Shown one piece after another: positions 7,833 through 16,143 of a stretch of DNA of 32,000 bases. The position numbers were made by a program, and so were the translations under genes. Source of the stretch: Candidatus Electronema aureum (GTDB lineage Bacteria > Desulfobacterota > Desulfobulbia > Desulfobulbales > Desulfobulbaceae). The DNA lies in assembly GCA_004284765.1 (NCBI GenBank), contig NQJD01000001.1, positions 1 to 32,000 on the forward strand, in the 5' to 3' direction. The notes beneath the pieces were generated by a model, which made no database searches, was not told the origin of the DNA, and saw nothing but the letters and a program-made list of their open reading frames with translations. Position 1 is the stretch's first letter, and each line of letters begins with the position of its first letter.

Positions 7833-8033
7833 TTACAGCTGAACAACCTTGTCCGCTGCCGGTCCTTTTGGGCCGTTGACGACTTCAAAGCTCACTCGTG
7901 CGCCTTCTTGCAGAGATTTGAAACCCTCGGCTCTGATCGCAGAATGATGAACGAACACATCTGGTCCGCCGTCCTGCTGAATGAAACCGAAACCCTTGGC
8001 ATCGTTAAACCACTTTACTGTGCCCTGTGCCAT
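7833..8033 (-). CDS. Cold-shock protein, CspA family (paralogue)
   Basis: [33 protein letters not shown].., roughly 80% identical by eye to the neighbouring copy. ATG 8033 with AAGGAG 9 nt upstream is preferred over the track's TTG at 8039. Confidence 0.95.
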   Translation of the reverse strand: MAQGTVKWFNDAKGFGFIQQDGGPDVFVHHSAIRAEGFKSLQEGARVSFEVVNGPKGPAADKVVQL

Positions 8034-8133
8034 TTTCAACTGCTCCTTGCTGTTCGCAGTTCAATTATGAACCGCTTAAATCATTCAATGCCGACAGAAA
8101 AAACTGCCGACTGGCAGTCACCGTAGCTCAAAC

Positions 8134-8171
8134 AAAAAAACCGCACGCCTCTGTTAGGGAGGATTGTGCGG
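8134..8171 (-). terminator. Hairpin plus T-tract terminator after tsaC (purDE-tsaC operon)
   Basis: CCGCAC...GTGCGG outer stem with inner CCTC/GAGG pairing (8141-8171). It is flanked by A7 (8134-8140), which reads as T7 on the minus strand. A second small hairpin ACTGCC-agtc-GGCAGT plus T6 follows at 8098-8118. Confidence 0.65.
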
Positions 8172-8257
8172 CTGTTTTCTTCATTCGAGAATTATAATAG
8201 TGACTGCACAACATACGCATATAGTAGCCGATCTCCAGCAATACGCAAGCACTTTTT

Positions 8258-8914
8258 TTATAAAAATGAAAAAAATGTTTTTTCCTGCTTTCTGCTTTCT
8301 TTCGTAGCTAGCAACCGCAGTATTTTGGCGAAAGAAATCCGGCCTTCCCGAACGCAGCGCAGCCCCTGTTCACCGTAGCCGACCAAGCTGGAGCCTGCGC
8401 CGCCAGGCGTCCTGCCACCGTCGATGATGAGATCTATTTCACTGTTGAAGGCCACTTCAACTTCTGCCGCTGTGACCGCTGCCATCTCGCCAGAGCGGTT
8501 TGCACTAGTGGCCGTAATTGGCCTGCCAAAGGCTGCAAGCAGAAGTCGGGCTGTTGCATCTGGCGATTGACGGATACCAACCGTGTTCGTGCCGCCTGTA
8601 AGCAGCTTCGGTAACTCCGCTCGCGCCGGACAAACTAACGTCAGCGGGCCGGGCCAAAAACGGTTCATCAAATGCTGCAACTCAGTTGGCACATTTTCCG
8701 CCAGCAGCGATACCTGTTCCTGATCTTTCACCAAAACCAGCACCGGCTTATTTTCCGCCCGCCGCTTAACCGCGAAGAGTCGCCGCAGAGCCTCGCTATT
8801 AAAGGGATCAACGCCGAGGCCGTAATACGTTTCCGTTGGAAAAGCAATCAGGCCGCCTTGTTTGAGCAGTCTGGCCGCCTCTTGAAAGACAGCGTCAGAA
8901 GCGGGGACAATCAC
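8258..8914 (-). CDS. tsaC: L-threonylcarbamoyladenylate synthase (YrdC/TsaC family)
   Basis: 218 aa with FPTETYYGLG, KRRAENKPVLVLV, FWPGPLTLV, VGIRQSPD and PITATSANRSGE. The GTG start overlaps the purDE stop (GTGA). Confidence 0.9.
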   Translation of the reverse strand: MIVPASDAVFQEAARLLKQGGLIAFPTETYYGLGVDPFNSEALRRLFAVKRRAENKPVLVLVKDQEQVSLLAENVPTELQHLMNRFWPGPLTLVCPARAELPKLLTGGTNTVGIRQSPDATARLLLAAFGRPITATSANRSGEMAAVTAAEVEVAFNSEIDLIIDGGRTPGGAGSSLVGYGEQGLRCVREGRISFAKILRLLATKESRKQEKTFFSFL

Positions 8915-10704
8915 GCCGCTGTCTGCCCTTTCGACTGCTGAAGAGCCTGATTCTTGGCCGCCACTTGCTCTTCCATCTCCCGGCTGAATTGCCGCAGAGC
9001 TTCGGTGATCTCCTGATCATTGATTGCCAAAATTCGAGCCGCCAACACCGCTGCGTTTTTGGCTCCAGACTTGCCGATGCCCATGGTTGCCACAGGGATA
9101 CCTGGCGGCATCTGCACAGTCGAAAGCAATGCGTCAAGGCCATTCAGCGGCGATGCGTCAATCGGCACGCCAATCACTGGCAAGGTGGTGTGCGCAGCAA
9201 TTACCCCAGCTAAATGGGCGGACATGCCTGCTCCGGCGATAATAATCTTTAGGCCGCGCCGGGCGGCGGTGCGAGCGTATTCAGCAGTTTGTTCCGGGGT
9301 GCGGTGAGCCGAGGAAATGGTGATTTCATGCTTGATGCCCATCGTGGCAAGGAAATCCGCAGCCGCCTGCATCACCGGCAGATCAGAATCCGACCCCATG
9401 ACAATACCCACTGCTGGGCCGGTATGCTTCTGGAGGCGGCGTAACGCTCGATGGCCGATATCCCGGCGGAAATAGCTGCCTTTCCACTTAATTTTATCGA
9501 CAGCCTTATACGCCCGCTCAATCGCCTTGCCGATGGAAATGTCCATCGCAGTCACGCCCAGCACTCGCCCGCCTGCGGTCAAGGTAGTCTGATTCTCGAT
9601 GGTCGTGCCAGCATGAAAGACCATCACATCCTTCAATTTTGCCGCATTAACCAGACCGGTGATCGGCTTACCTGCCTTATACGTGCCTGGATAGCCTTCT
9701 GAGGCCATGACCACGCAAACCGCCGGACGCGGGTCAATCTCCAGCTCGATTTCGTCTAGCGCACCGTCAATCGCCTTCTCGAAAATATCCACCAAATCAG
9801 TCTGCAAGCGCATCAACAGCGGTTGACATTCAGGATCGCCGAAACGACAGTTAAATTCCAGCACATTGATTTGTTCACCGTCGATCATCATGCCTGCGTA
9901 GAGCATTCCCTTGAAGGGACGACCTTCAGCAGCCATGCCTCGTACTGTCGGCAGCATGACCTCGTTCATCACTCGCATGGTCATGGAATCATCAAGCACC
10001 GGCGCGGGAGAATAAGCTCCCATGCCGCCGGTGTTAGGGCCACGGTCGCCCTCGAAGATTGCCTTATGGTCTTGAGAAGACGGCAATGGCAGAACGTTCT
10101 CTCCATCCACAAAAGCGATGAATGAAGCTTCCTCACCGGTGAGGAACTGCTCCACCACCACCCGGTTGCCTGCCTCGCCAAAGGCACGATCTTTCATAAT
10201 TAGATCAACAGCGTGCTTGGCTTCAGTCTTGGTCTGGCAAACCATCACGCCTTTTCCGGCGGCCAAGCCATCAGCTTTGACAACACAAGGCGCACCAAGC
10301 CGATCAATGAACTTCTTTGCCGGTTCAGGCCGATCAAAGGTCTCGTACTCGGCAGTGGGAATATTATATTTGCGTAAAAAATCTTTGCAGAAAACCTTAC
10401 TGCCTTCCAATTCGGCTGCGGCTGCGGTGGGGCCGAAGATGCGCAGCTCTTTTTCTTGAAAGCGGTCAACAATGCCTTTGGATAAAGCGTTTTCCGGGCC
10501 GACCACGGTCAGGCAAATGCTCTCCTTAATCGCAAAGTCGAGCAGCCCATCCACGTCGTCTGCCGCAATTTTGACGCAGGTTGCTAATTTCCGTATTCCA
10601 GCGTTTCCGGGGGCGCAGTAGATGGTCTTCACTTTCTCCGACTGGCTCAATTTCCACACCAGCGCATGTTCTCTGCCGCCGGAACCAATGACCAGAACCT
10701 TCAT
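8911..10704 (-). CDS. purD: Fusion protein: phosphoribosylamine-glycine ligase (PurD) plus a C-terminal PurE domain
   Basis: Starts MKVLVIGSGGREHALVWKL, with AAGGAG upstream of ATG 10704. An ATP-grasp body runs to ..YFRRDIGHRAL. A short linker (RRLQKHTGP) then joins in-frame to a complete PurE: VGIVMGSDSDLPVM, SAHRTPE, IIAGAGMSAHLAGV, PVIGVP, QMPPGIPVAT. The upstream 37 codons of the track ORF are probably not translated. Confidence 0.9.
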   Translation of the reverse strand: MKVLVIGSGGREHALVWKLSQSEKVKTIYCAPGNAGIRKLATCVKIAADDVDGLLDFAIKESICLTVVGPENALSKGIVDRFQEKELRIFGPTAAAAELEGSKVFCKDFLRKYNIPTAEYETFDRPEPAKKFIDRLGAPCVVKADGLAAGKGVMVCQTKTEAKHAVDLIMKDRAFGEAGNRVVVEQFLTGEEASFIAFVDGENVLPLPSSQDHKAIFEGDRGPNTGGMGAYSPAPVLDDSMTMRVMNEVMLPTVRGMAAEGRPFKGMLYAGMMIDGEQINVLEFNCRFGDPECQPLLMRLQTDLVDIFEKAIDGALDEIELEIDPRPAVCVVMASEGYPGTYKAGKPITGLVNAAKLKDVMVFHAGTTIENQTTLTAGGRVLGVTAMDISIGKAIERAYKAVDKIKWKGSYFRRDIGHRALRRLQKHTGPAVGIVMGSDSDLPVMQAAADFLATMGIKHEITISSAHRTPEQTAEYARTAARRGLKIIIAGAGMSAHLAGVIAAHTTLPVIGVPIDASPLNGLDALLSTVQMPPGIPVATMGIGKSGAKNAAVLAARILAINDQEITEALRQFSREMEEQVAAKNQALQQSKGQTAA

Positions 10705-10794
10705 CCAACTCTCCTTGCAGGTTTCTTGAAAAATGGCTGCCAACCGGACAAAACCGGCGGCAGAGCTTGGCTGCTCTTGAGCCACAACCATAAC

Positions 10795-10828
10795 AAAAAA
10801 TGAGTGCGTTCTCAACCGCCGAACGCAC
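10795..10828 (-). terminator. Hairpin plus T-tract downstream of tRNA-Ser
   Basis: On the minus strand, GTGCGTTC-ggcggttga-GAACGCAC is followed by tcaTTTTTT. It lies about 135 nt 3' of the tRNA. Confidence 0.55.
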
Positions 10829-10964
10829 GGTCAAGCATTTTTGGCAGAGAAATAAAGAGAAGCGCAAAGATGAACGTTCGAGAATGAAAAAACGGTGGTG
10901 GGTTAAATCTGTTGGTAACCTGAGTGAGACCAGTTAGCTTTGGGAAAGATAACGAGGAAAAAAT

Positions 10965-11054
10965 TGGCGGAGGAACAGGGATTCGAACCCTGGGCGAGGT
11001 TACCCCCGCAACGGTTTTCGAGACCGTCCCGTTCAGCCGCTCCGGCATCCCTCC
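10965..11054 (-). tRNA. tRNA-Ser (anticodon CGA)
   Basis: Hand-folded cloverleaf. Acceptor GGAGGGA/TTCCTCC. Anticodon stem ACGGT/ACCGT with loop CU-CGA-AA. Long variable arm. T-arm CAGGG-TTCGAAT-CCCTG. Encoded CCA. Confidence 0.9.
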
Positions 11055-11063
11055 GTCTCCTAT

Positions 11064-11092
11064 TATTTACTCGCAAAAAGCCTGTTCGTCAA
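11064..11092 (-). promoter_or_regulatory. Sigma70-type promoter for tRNA-Ser (TTGACG-17-TAAATA)
   Basis: Minus-strand -35 at 11092-11087 and -10 at 11069-11064. The -10 ends 9 nt upstream of the mature tRNA 5' end. Confidence 0.5.
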
Positions 11093-11195
11093 GCAGGACA
11101 AGCGGTTGACAAGCATGCAAAATACATTTACTGTTGATGGAACGCATTCTAACTCTCTTGTTCCAAAACGAAATGTCATGTTGAACCATACGCCT

Positions 11196-11708
11196 ATGAA
11201 ACCAATCTTACGCCCCCTTGCCTTGCTTTTTGCCCTGTCTCTTGTGCCAATGCTAATGCTCACAGGCTGTAGTTCCCTGTTCTGGAAGAAAAAGACTGAG
11301 CGGCCCACCGTTTCTTTGGCGGATATGGAACTGCAAGGTATCAAGGGATTAGAAACGATCTTTCGCCTTCAGCTACGGGTGATCAATCCTGATGACGAAC
11401 CATTAGAAATTCGCGGCCTGAACTGTGAGCTGAAGGTCAACGGCAAGTCCTTTGCCGACGGCATCAGCGACGAGCATGTCACTGTACCTGCCTCTGGAAC
11501 GACTACGGTACCGGTGATGGTTTATGCGGGCATGTTCGACGTGGTCGGTTCGGTGATTGATCTGCTCCAGCAAAGCAATGCCCAGCAGTCTGCTCCCAAA
11601 GCGGCCAAGCCACTCCAGTACGAGTTGACCGGAAGACTGCGTTTGGGTGAAAAAGGTGATGATACCGTACCGTTCCAGCTCAAAGGCAGCTTGCCACCGG
11701 AGAAGTGA
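11196..11708 (+). CDS. Lipoprotein with a LEA_2 / WHy-like (late-embryogenesis-abundant type 2) domain
   Basis: Signal peptide with lipobox MLTGC (MKPILRPLALLFALSLVPMLMLTGCSS). LQLRVINPDDEPLEIRGLNCELKVNGKSFADG resembles the LEA14/NDR1 fold signature. The start may be 11178 or 11196 rather than the track's 11106. Confidence 0.65.
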   Translation: MKPILRPLALLFALSLVPMLMLTGCSSLFWKKKTERPTVSLADMELQGIKGLETIFRLQLRVINPDDEPLEIRGLNCELKVNGKSFADGISDEHVTVPASGTTTVPVMVYAGMFDVVGSVIDLLQQSNAQQSAPKAAKPLQYELTGRLRLGEKGDDTVPFQLKGSLPPEK

Positions 11709-11713
11709 CCATC

Positions 11714-12328
11714 ATGCGAGTGCTGCTGACCTTACCATCAGAACTGAAAGCAGAGCTGGCTGCAATCTATCAGGCATTGCAGGAGGAATACGAGCGCGTC
11801 GCTGAACGCATTCCCCTGACCTGTCACGATTGCCCGGATAACTGCTGCGATTCTTGGTTCCATCATCATACCTACAGCGAATGGGCATGGCTTTGGCAAG
11901 GACTGCGACAGCTTGATGAACCAATATTAGCTCGCATCACCGCACGGGCCGAAGACTCTATTCGGCAAAGCCAAGAACAGCTCGCCGCAGGCCAACTGCC
12001 CCGGATTATGTGTCCGCTGAACGAGGAAGGTCGGTGCAGTCTCTATGAACACCGGCTTTTGGTTTGTCGGATGCACGGTATCCCTGCCACCTTGACTCGC
12101 CCGGACGGGAAGCAGTTGCGTTTCCCTGGTTGCTTCCGCTGTCAAGAAATCGTGCAAGAGAACTACCGCAGTGAACATGAGGCTCCGACTATGGATCGCA
12201 CTCAGCTCTTCACCCAGTTAGCAGCCTTGGAATCCCGACTCCTCGGCGGCGACCGTCAGCTTTATCCCAAGATCAAAAAGACTATCGCTGAAATGATCGT
12301 TCAAGGGCCGCCAACATTTAAGTTGTAG
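11714..12328 (+). CDS. YkgJ-family Cys-cluster protein (CxxCxxxCC, putative Fe-S/Zn-binding)
   Basis: CHDCPDNCC motif near the N-terminus plus distal C..C pairs (MCPLNEEGRCSLY, CRMHG, GCFRC). The alternative GTG start at 11705 overlaps the upstream stop. Confidence 0.65.
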   Translation: MRVLLTLPSELKAELAAIYQALQEEYERVAERIPLTCHDCPDNCCDSWFHHHTYSEWAWLWQGLRQLDEPILARITARAEDSIRQSQEQLAAGQLPRIMCPLNEEGRCSLYEHRLLVCRMHGIPATLTRPDGKQLRFPGCFRCQEIVQENYRSEHEAPTMDRTQLFTQLAALESRLLGGDRQLYPKIKKTIAEMIVQGPPTFKL

Positions 12329-12399
12329 GATCGGCGTGTGCAAATGATTACCGATGAATGGTGCGGGCAACGAGAATCATCTACCGAGAGAGACCAACT

Positions 12400-13386
12400 A
12401 TGACCGATTTACTCCGAGACACATTCAGCATGATCACCGAGGGTATACCGGTCAGCCGGGAAATCGCCCTGCTGCTGGCCCGCTATCCTGACTCGCAAAA
12501 GCTCTGGTCAGCAGCTGACCGACTCCGCCACCGCTTCATGGGTGATCATTTTCACCTCTGTTCGATCATTAACGCCCGCAGCGGGGGGTGCTCGGAGGAC
12601 TGCCACTTCTGCGCTCAGTCGGCTCGCTATCAGACCAGCGCACCGGTCTATACCATGATCGATCAGGAAGAGGCTATGACGATTGCCCGTGATAACGATG
12701 CGCACGGCGTACATCGCCTCTCGCTTGTAACCAGCGGACGTACTCCGGCAGGAGACAGGGAAACGTTCTCACAGTTTAATGCACTGTATGAGCAAATTCA
12801 GCGAGAAACGAGTATGGAGCTGTGCGCTTCAATGGGTTTGCTCGATCAGAAAAAAGCCGAAATGCTCGCAGCAATGGGAGTCAGTCGTTATCACTGCAAT
12901 TTGGAAACCTGTGAGCGACAGTTCAGCACGATTTGTTCAACCCATACGTGGCAGGATAAGATAGAAACCCTGAAGACAGCAGCAACGGCAGGAATGTCGC
13001 TTTGCTCCGGCGGCATCATCGGCTTAGGCGAGAGCATGGAAGACCGGATTGAGTTGGCCTTAGAACTACGGCAGTTAGACATTCGTTCTATCCCGCTGAA
13101 CATTCTCACCCCGATTGCCGGAACGCCATTGGCTGATTTACAACCGTTGACTGTGCATGAGGTACTCACCACGGTGGCTTTGTTCCGCTTTATTAATCCA
13201 GAGGCGGTAATCCGCATGGCCGGAGGTCGCCAGCAATTGGGTGCCGATCAACATCGTTGCTTTGCCGCTGGTGCTAACGGAGCGATCGTCGGCAATTACC
13301 TGACCACTGCGGGCGTTTCGATTGACAAGGATGTAACTCGGCTGCGAGAGATGGGCTTTATTGTTAAACGAACTACGCCGCACTGA
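12400..13386 (+). CDS. bioB: Biotin synthase (radical SAM)
   Basis: CSEDCHFCAQS (Cx3Cx2C), YHCNLET, CSGGIIGLGES, and a C-terminal R...G..Q segment. The likely ATG is at 12400 (MTDLLRD..). Confidence 0.92.
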   Translation: MTDLLRDTFSMITEGIPVSREIALLLARYPDSQKLWSAADRLRHRFMGDHFHLCSIINARSGGCSEDCHFCAQSARYQTSAPVYTMIDQEEAMTIARDNDAHGVHRLSLVTSGRTPAGDRETFSQFNALYEQIQRETSMELCASMGLLDQKKAEMLAAMGVSRYHCNLETCERQFSTICSTHTWQDKIETLKTAATAGMSLCSGGIIGLGESMEDRIELALELRQLDIRSIPLNILTPIAGTPLADLQPLTVHEVLTTVALFRFINPEAVIRMAGGRQQLGADQHRCFAAGANGAIVGNYLTTAGVSIDKDVTRLREMGFIVKRTTPH

Positions 13387-13461
13387 TAGGTTGTATCCGT
13401 CCTATAGCTGCTTTTCCTTAGATCTTCGACAGACGGAATCAGAATTCTGCCATAGAATGGC

Positions 13462-14529
13462 ATGACAAATATATCCTATCTTCTCGAATTTATAATTAAA
13501 ATGCCACCTTTTATTAAACGATCTGGTGTAATCGTAGCAAATATTTTTCTTTTCTTGATTGTAGTTGCCGTAACAATCAGCTGTTCGGAGGTGTTTTTAC
13601 GATGGTATTACCGTGATGTTCTCTCCAGCGCAACCGGTGTGGACTATTTTCATAATCGTTCCTACCATCTATTTGCTAAGGAAAAAAATGTGTTTAATCT
13701 AAGAGGGAAAACTTTTAAAGCTGGAAAGCATCATTTGCTGAGAGTTGTTATAATGGGTGATTCTTTCACCTATGGACAAGGAGTCTATCCCTATGAAAAA
13801 AGATATACAGAACAGATGGAGTTGTTGTTTAAAAAAGAACATCCTGATCTTGATGTAGAATTTATCAATGTTGGGATATGTGGAATGGATCTTCTTGGTT
13901 ATAATAACAAAATTGTTAATTTTGTTGCAGCGTTACATCCCGACTTTGTTCTGTATCAATGGTACGTAAATGATATGGAAATTACTCGTGATTGGCTACA
14001 ACTTAGAATTCCTCAAATAATATCGAACAATACAGTGCATCGATTTTTCATAGAAAATTCTGTGCTGTATTTTATCTTACAGAGAGGCTGGAGTCAAATT
14101 AGGGCAATGTCGGGACAGCAGTTAGATTATACAGAATATCTTGTAAAAAGATTCAGCGATCCTGAGAATAAATATTCCATTGCGGCGAAAAAAGAATTAG
14201 ACAAACTTTTTGAAACCTTAGACAGAAGAAATATTCCACATGGAATTGTTCTTTTTCCAGATTTTAATACTAAAAAAGATAAATACAGACTTGCATTCTT
14301 GCATGAACAAGTCCATAAGGTATGCAAAGAACATCATGTCGATTACCTTGATCTTACAAAAACTTACAGTAAATATGATGACAATATTGAAGAACTATGG
14401 GCAAATATTTTTGATCATCATCCGAGTGCGCTTGCGCATCGTATAGCAGCTGAAAAAATTGTCGATTTTTTTGGCAATAAATGGCAGCAAATGGCTTTGA
14501 AAAACGCTAATCTAAAAAATAAAGAATAA
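13462..14529 (+). CDS. Membrane-anchored SGNH/GDSL-family hydrolase
   Basis: One N-terminal TM helix (VIVANIFLFLIVVAVTI). Block I VVIMGDSFTYGQG. Block V DHHPSALAH (DxxH). The gene and its flanks are visibly AT-rich. Confidence 0.75.
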   Translation: MTNISYLLEFIIKMPPFIKRSGVIVANIFLFLIVVAVTISCSEVFLRWYYRDVLSSATGVDYFHNRSYHLFAKEKNVFNLRGKTFKAGKHHLLRVVIMGDSFTYGQGVYPYEKRYTEQMELLFKKEHPDLDVEFINVGICGMDLLGYNNKIVNFVAALHPDFVLYQWYVNDMEITRDWLQLRIPQIISNNTVHRFFIENSVLYFILQRGWSQIRAMSGQQLDYTEYLVKRFSDPENKYSIAAKKELDKLFETLDRRNIPHGIVLFPDFNTKKDKYRLAFLHEQVHKVCKEHHVDYLDLTKTYSKYDDNIEELWANIFDHHPSALAHRIAAEKIVDFFGNKWQQMALKNANLKNKE

Positions 14530-14594
14530 TTATCGCAGCTGCTCAGGATTATGCTTGAACAAGTCTTTACAGAGGGAGAGAAAATCCGCGCGGT

Positions 14595-15524
14595 TTACAA
14601 CTCTTCATCGGCAAAGGGCAGCACCTCGGCAATACTCTTCCGGCCAAGTAGAATCATCAGCAGGCGATCAAGACCAAGGGCAATCCCGGCGCAGTCGGGC
14701 AGCTGCTCCACCGCGCGGAGAAATTTCTCCGGCATCAAGTCGCTGCTGATTCCAGCCTTTTCCATCTCGGCTGAAAACCGTCGCCGCTGGGCTGCCGCAT
14801 CGGTTAGCTCAGAAAAGCCGTTAGCCAACTCAATTCCGTTAATGTACAGCTCCACGCGCTCGGCCACCGTCGGCTTGTCGGGCCTTGGTCGGGCGAGCGA
14901 GGCCAAAGCTATCGGATAATCACAGAGAAAAACTGCACCCAAACGGCCCAGCTCTGGCTCTACCTGCTCTACCAAGAGCTGATCGAAATTCCCAGTTGCC
15001 ACAGCGTGTTCAGCGGAAATACCAACAAAACGCTGAAAAGCCTCCTCGACGGTCAAGCGCAGCCAAGGTTCAGCCTGCGCCGCCCAAGCGGGCAAGTCCT
15101 GCCAGCCTTGTTCCGCGCAGATATGGGCCAGCTCTCGCACTAACGCCTCGCTTTCTGCCATCAGCTCAACATAGCTCCAGCCGACCTGATACCACTCCAG
15201 CATCGCAAATTCTTCCTGATGCAATCGTCCGCGCTCGCCTTTACGGAAGCAGCGGCAGATTTGGAAGAGCCGCGAGCAGCCGCCCGCGAGCAGCCGTTTC
15301 ATGCACAGCTCTGGCGAGGTTTGGAGAAAGCGGCCTTCAGAAGTCAACGGCTGAATCTCTACCTCTGGAATCAGCATCGGCAAGCGGATAGGGGTATCAG
15401 CTTCGAGGTAATTCCGGGCGAAGAAGAAGCTCCGTGCTGCCTGAAGGAGGACGGAGCGTTTATGCAGGTCGGATGGGGTAAGCATGGTGTTGGTGTGAAG
15501 GAAAGCCTGTCTTAAAGTCGGCAT
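14595..15524 (-). CDS. epmA: EF-P (R)-beta-lysine ligase (EpmA/GenX/PoxA, class II LysRS paralogue)
   Basis: FFFARNYLEADTP, LQTSPELCMKRLLAGG, FQICRCFRKGERGRLHQEEFAMLEWY, ELANGFSELTD and PDCAGIALGLDRL, colinear with E. coli EpmA. Start candidates are 15569, 15524 and 15485. Confidence 0.85.
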   Translation of the reverse strand: MPTLRQAFLHTNTMLTPSDLHKRSVLLQAARSFFFARNYLEADTPIRLPMLIPEVEIQPLTSEGRFLQTSPELCMKRLLAGGCSRLFQICRCFRKGERGRLHQEEFAMLEWYQVGWSYVELMAESEALVRELAHICAEQGWQDLPAWAAQAEPWLRLTVEEAFQRFVGISAEHAVATGNFDQLLVEQVEPELGRLGAVFLCDYPIALASLARPRPDKPTVAERVELYINGIELANGFSELTDAAAQRRRFSAEMEKAGISSDLMPEKFLRAVEQLPDCAGIALGLDRLLMILLGRKSIAEVLPFADEEL

Positions 15525-15540
15525 AGCTTTGCCTAAAACA

Positions 15541-16143
15541 TCAGGCAGTGAATTCGCCTGTTCCTCCAAATTCAGCTAAACTTTTCCTCAGCTCGTCGCA
15601 GCCCTGCCCGGTTTTGGCGGAAAACAGCAGCCGTTCAGCCGGGCGGATATTCAAGGCCGCATCCAAGGCCGCAGCCTGCTTAGTTTGTTCATTGCCAGAG
15701 AGCTTGTCCGCCTTGGTATAAACGATGAGATACTGCTTGCCGTTGTCCGCCAGCCAATCGATCATTTCGCGGTCGAGCTGCTTCAGCTCGTGGCGGAGAT
15801 CAATGATCACCACCACGCAGGCCAAGGCTGTCCGGCTGAGGATATAGCTGCTGATCAAGTCCTGCCATGCGGCGCGGGTCTGCTGATCTTTCCGAGCAAA
15901 GCCGTAGCCGGGCAGATCAACTAAATACATCCCGCCTTCCACCTTGAAGAAGTTCAGGCTCTCGGTCTTGCCAGGCTTCGCGCTGGTCTTGACCAAGTTC
16001 TTGCGGTTGACTAACTTGTTGATCAAGCTGGACTTGCCCACGTTGGAACGCCCAGCAAAGGCAATTTCCGGGAACAGCTGCTCTGGCAGCTTCTTCAGGT
16101 TATAAACCGAATCCTGAAAGGAGACTTCGGTGAAAGTAATCAT
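15541..16143 (-). CDS. engB: Ribosome-biogenesis GTPase EngB/YihA
   Basis: GRSNVGKSSLINKL (G1), DLPGYGFA (G3) and TKADK (G4). ATG 16143 overlaps the hisG stop (ATGA). Confidence 0.9.
   Translation of the reverse strand: MITFTEVSFQDSVYNLKKLPEQLFPEIAFAGRSNVGKSSLINKLVNRKNLVKTSAKPGKTESLNFFKVEGGMYLVDLPGYGFARKDQQTRAAWQDLISSYILSRTALACVVVIIDLRHELKQLDREMIDWLADNGKQYLIVYTKADKLSGNEQTKQAAALDAALNIRPAERLLFSAKTGQGCDELRKSLAEFGGTGEFTA

Noticed and set aside
10705-10964. Possible purine riboswitch or leader upstream of purD-purE
   Set aside because: I could not recognise the conserved purine-riboswitch junction sequences. The only clear structure is a terminator-like hairpin that is better explained as the tRNA-Ser terminator.
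10812-11137. ORFs 10812-11048 (-), 10924-11109 (+) and 10940-11137 (+)
   Set aside because: They overlap the tRNA-Ser gene and its promoter. They are artefacts of translating a structural RNA locus.
14551-15515. Plus-strand ORFs 14551-14919, 14885-15391 and 15219-15515
   Set aside because: All are antisense to epmA, whose class II synthetase-like motifs are unambiguous. The sequences are Arg/Ser/Ala-rich shadow frames.
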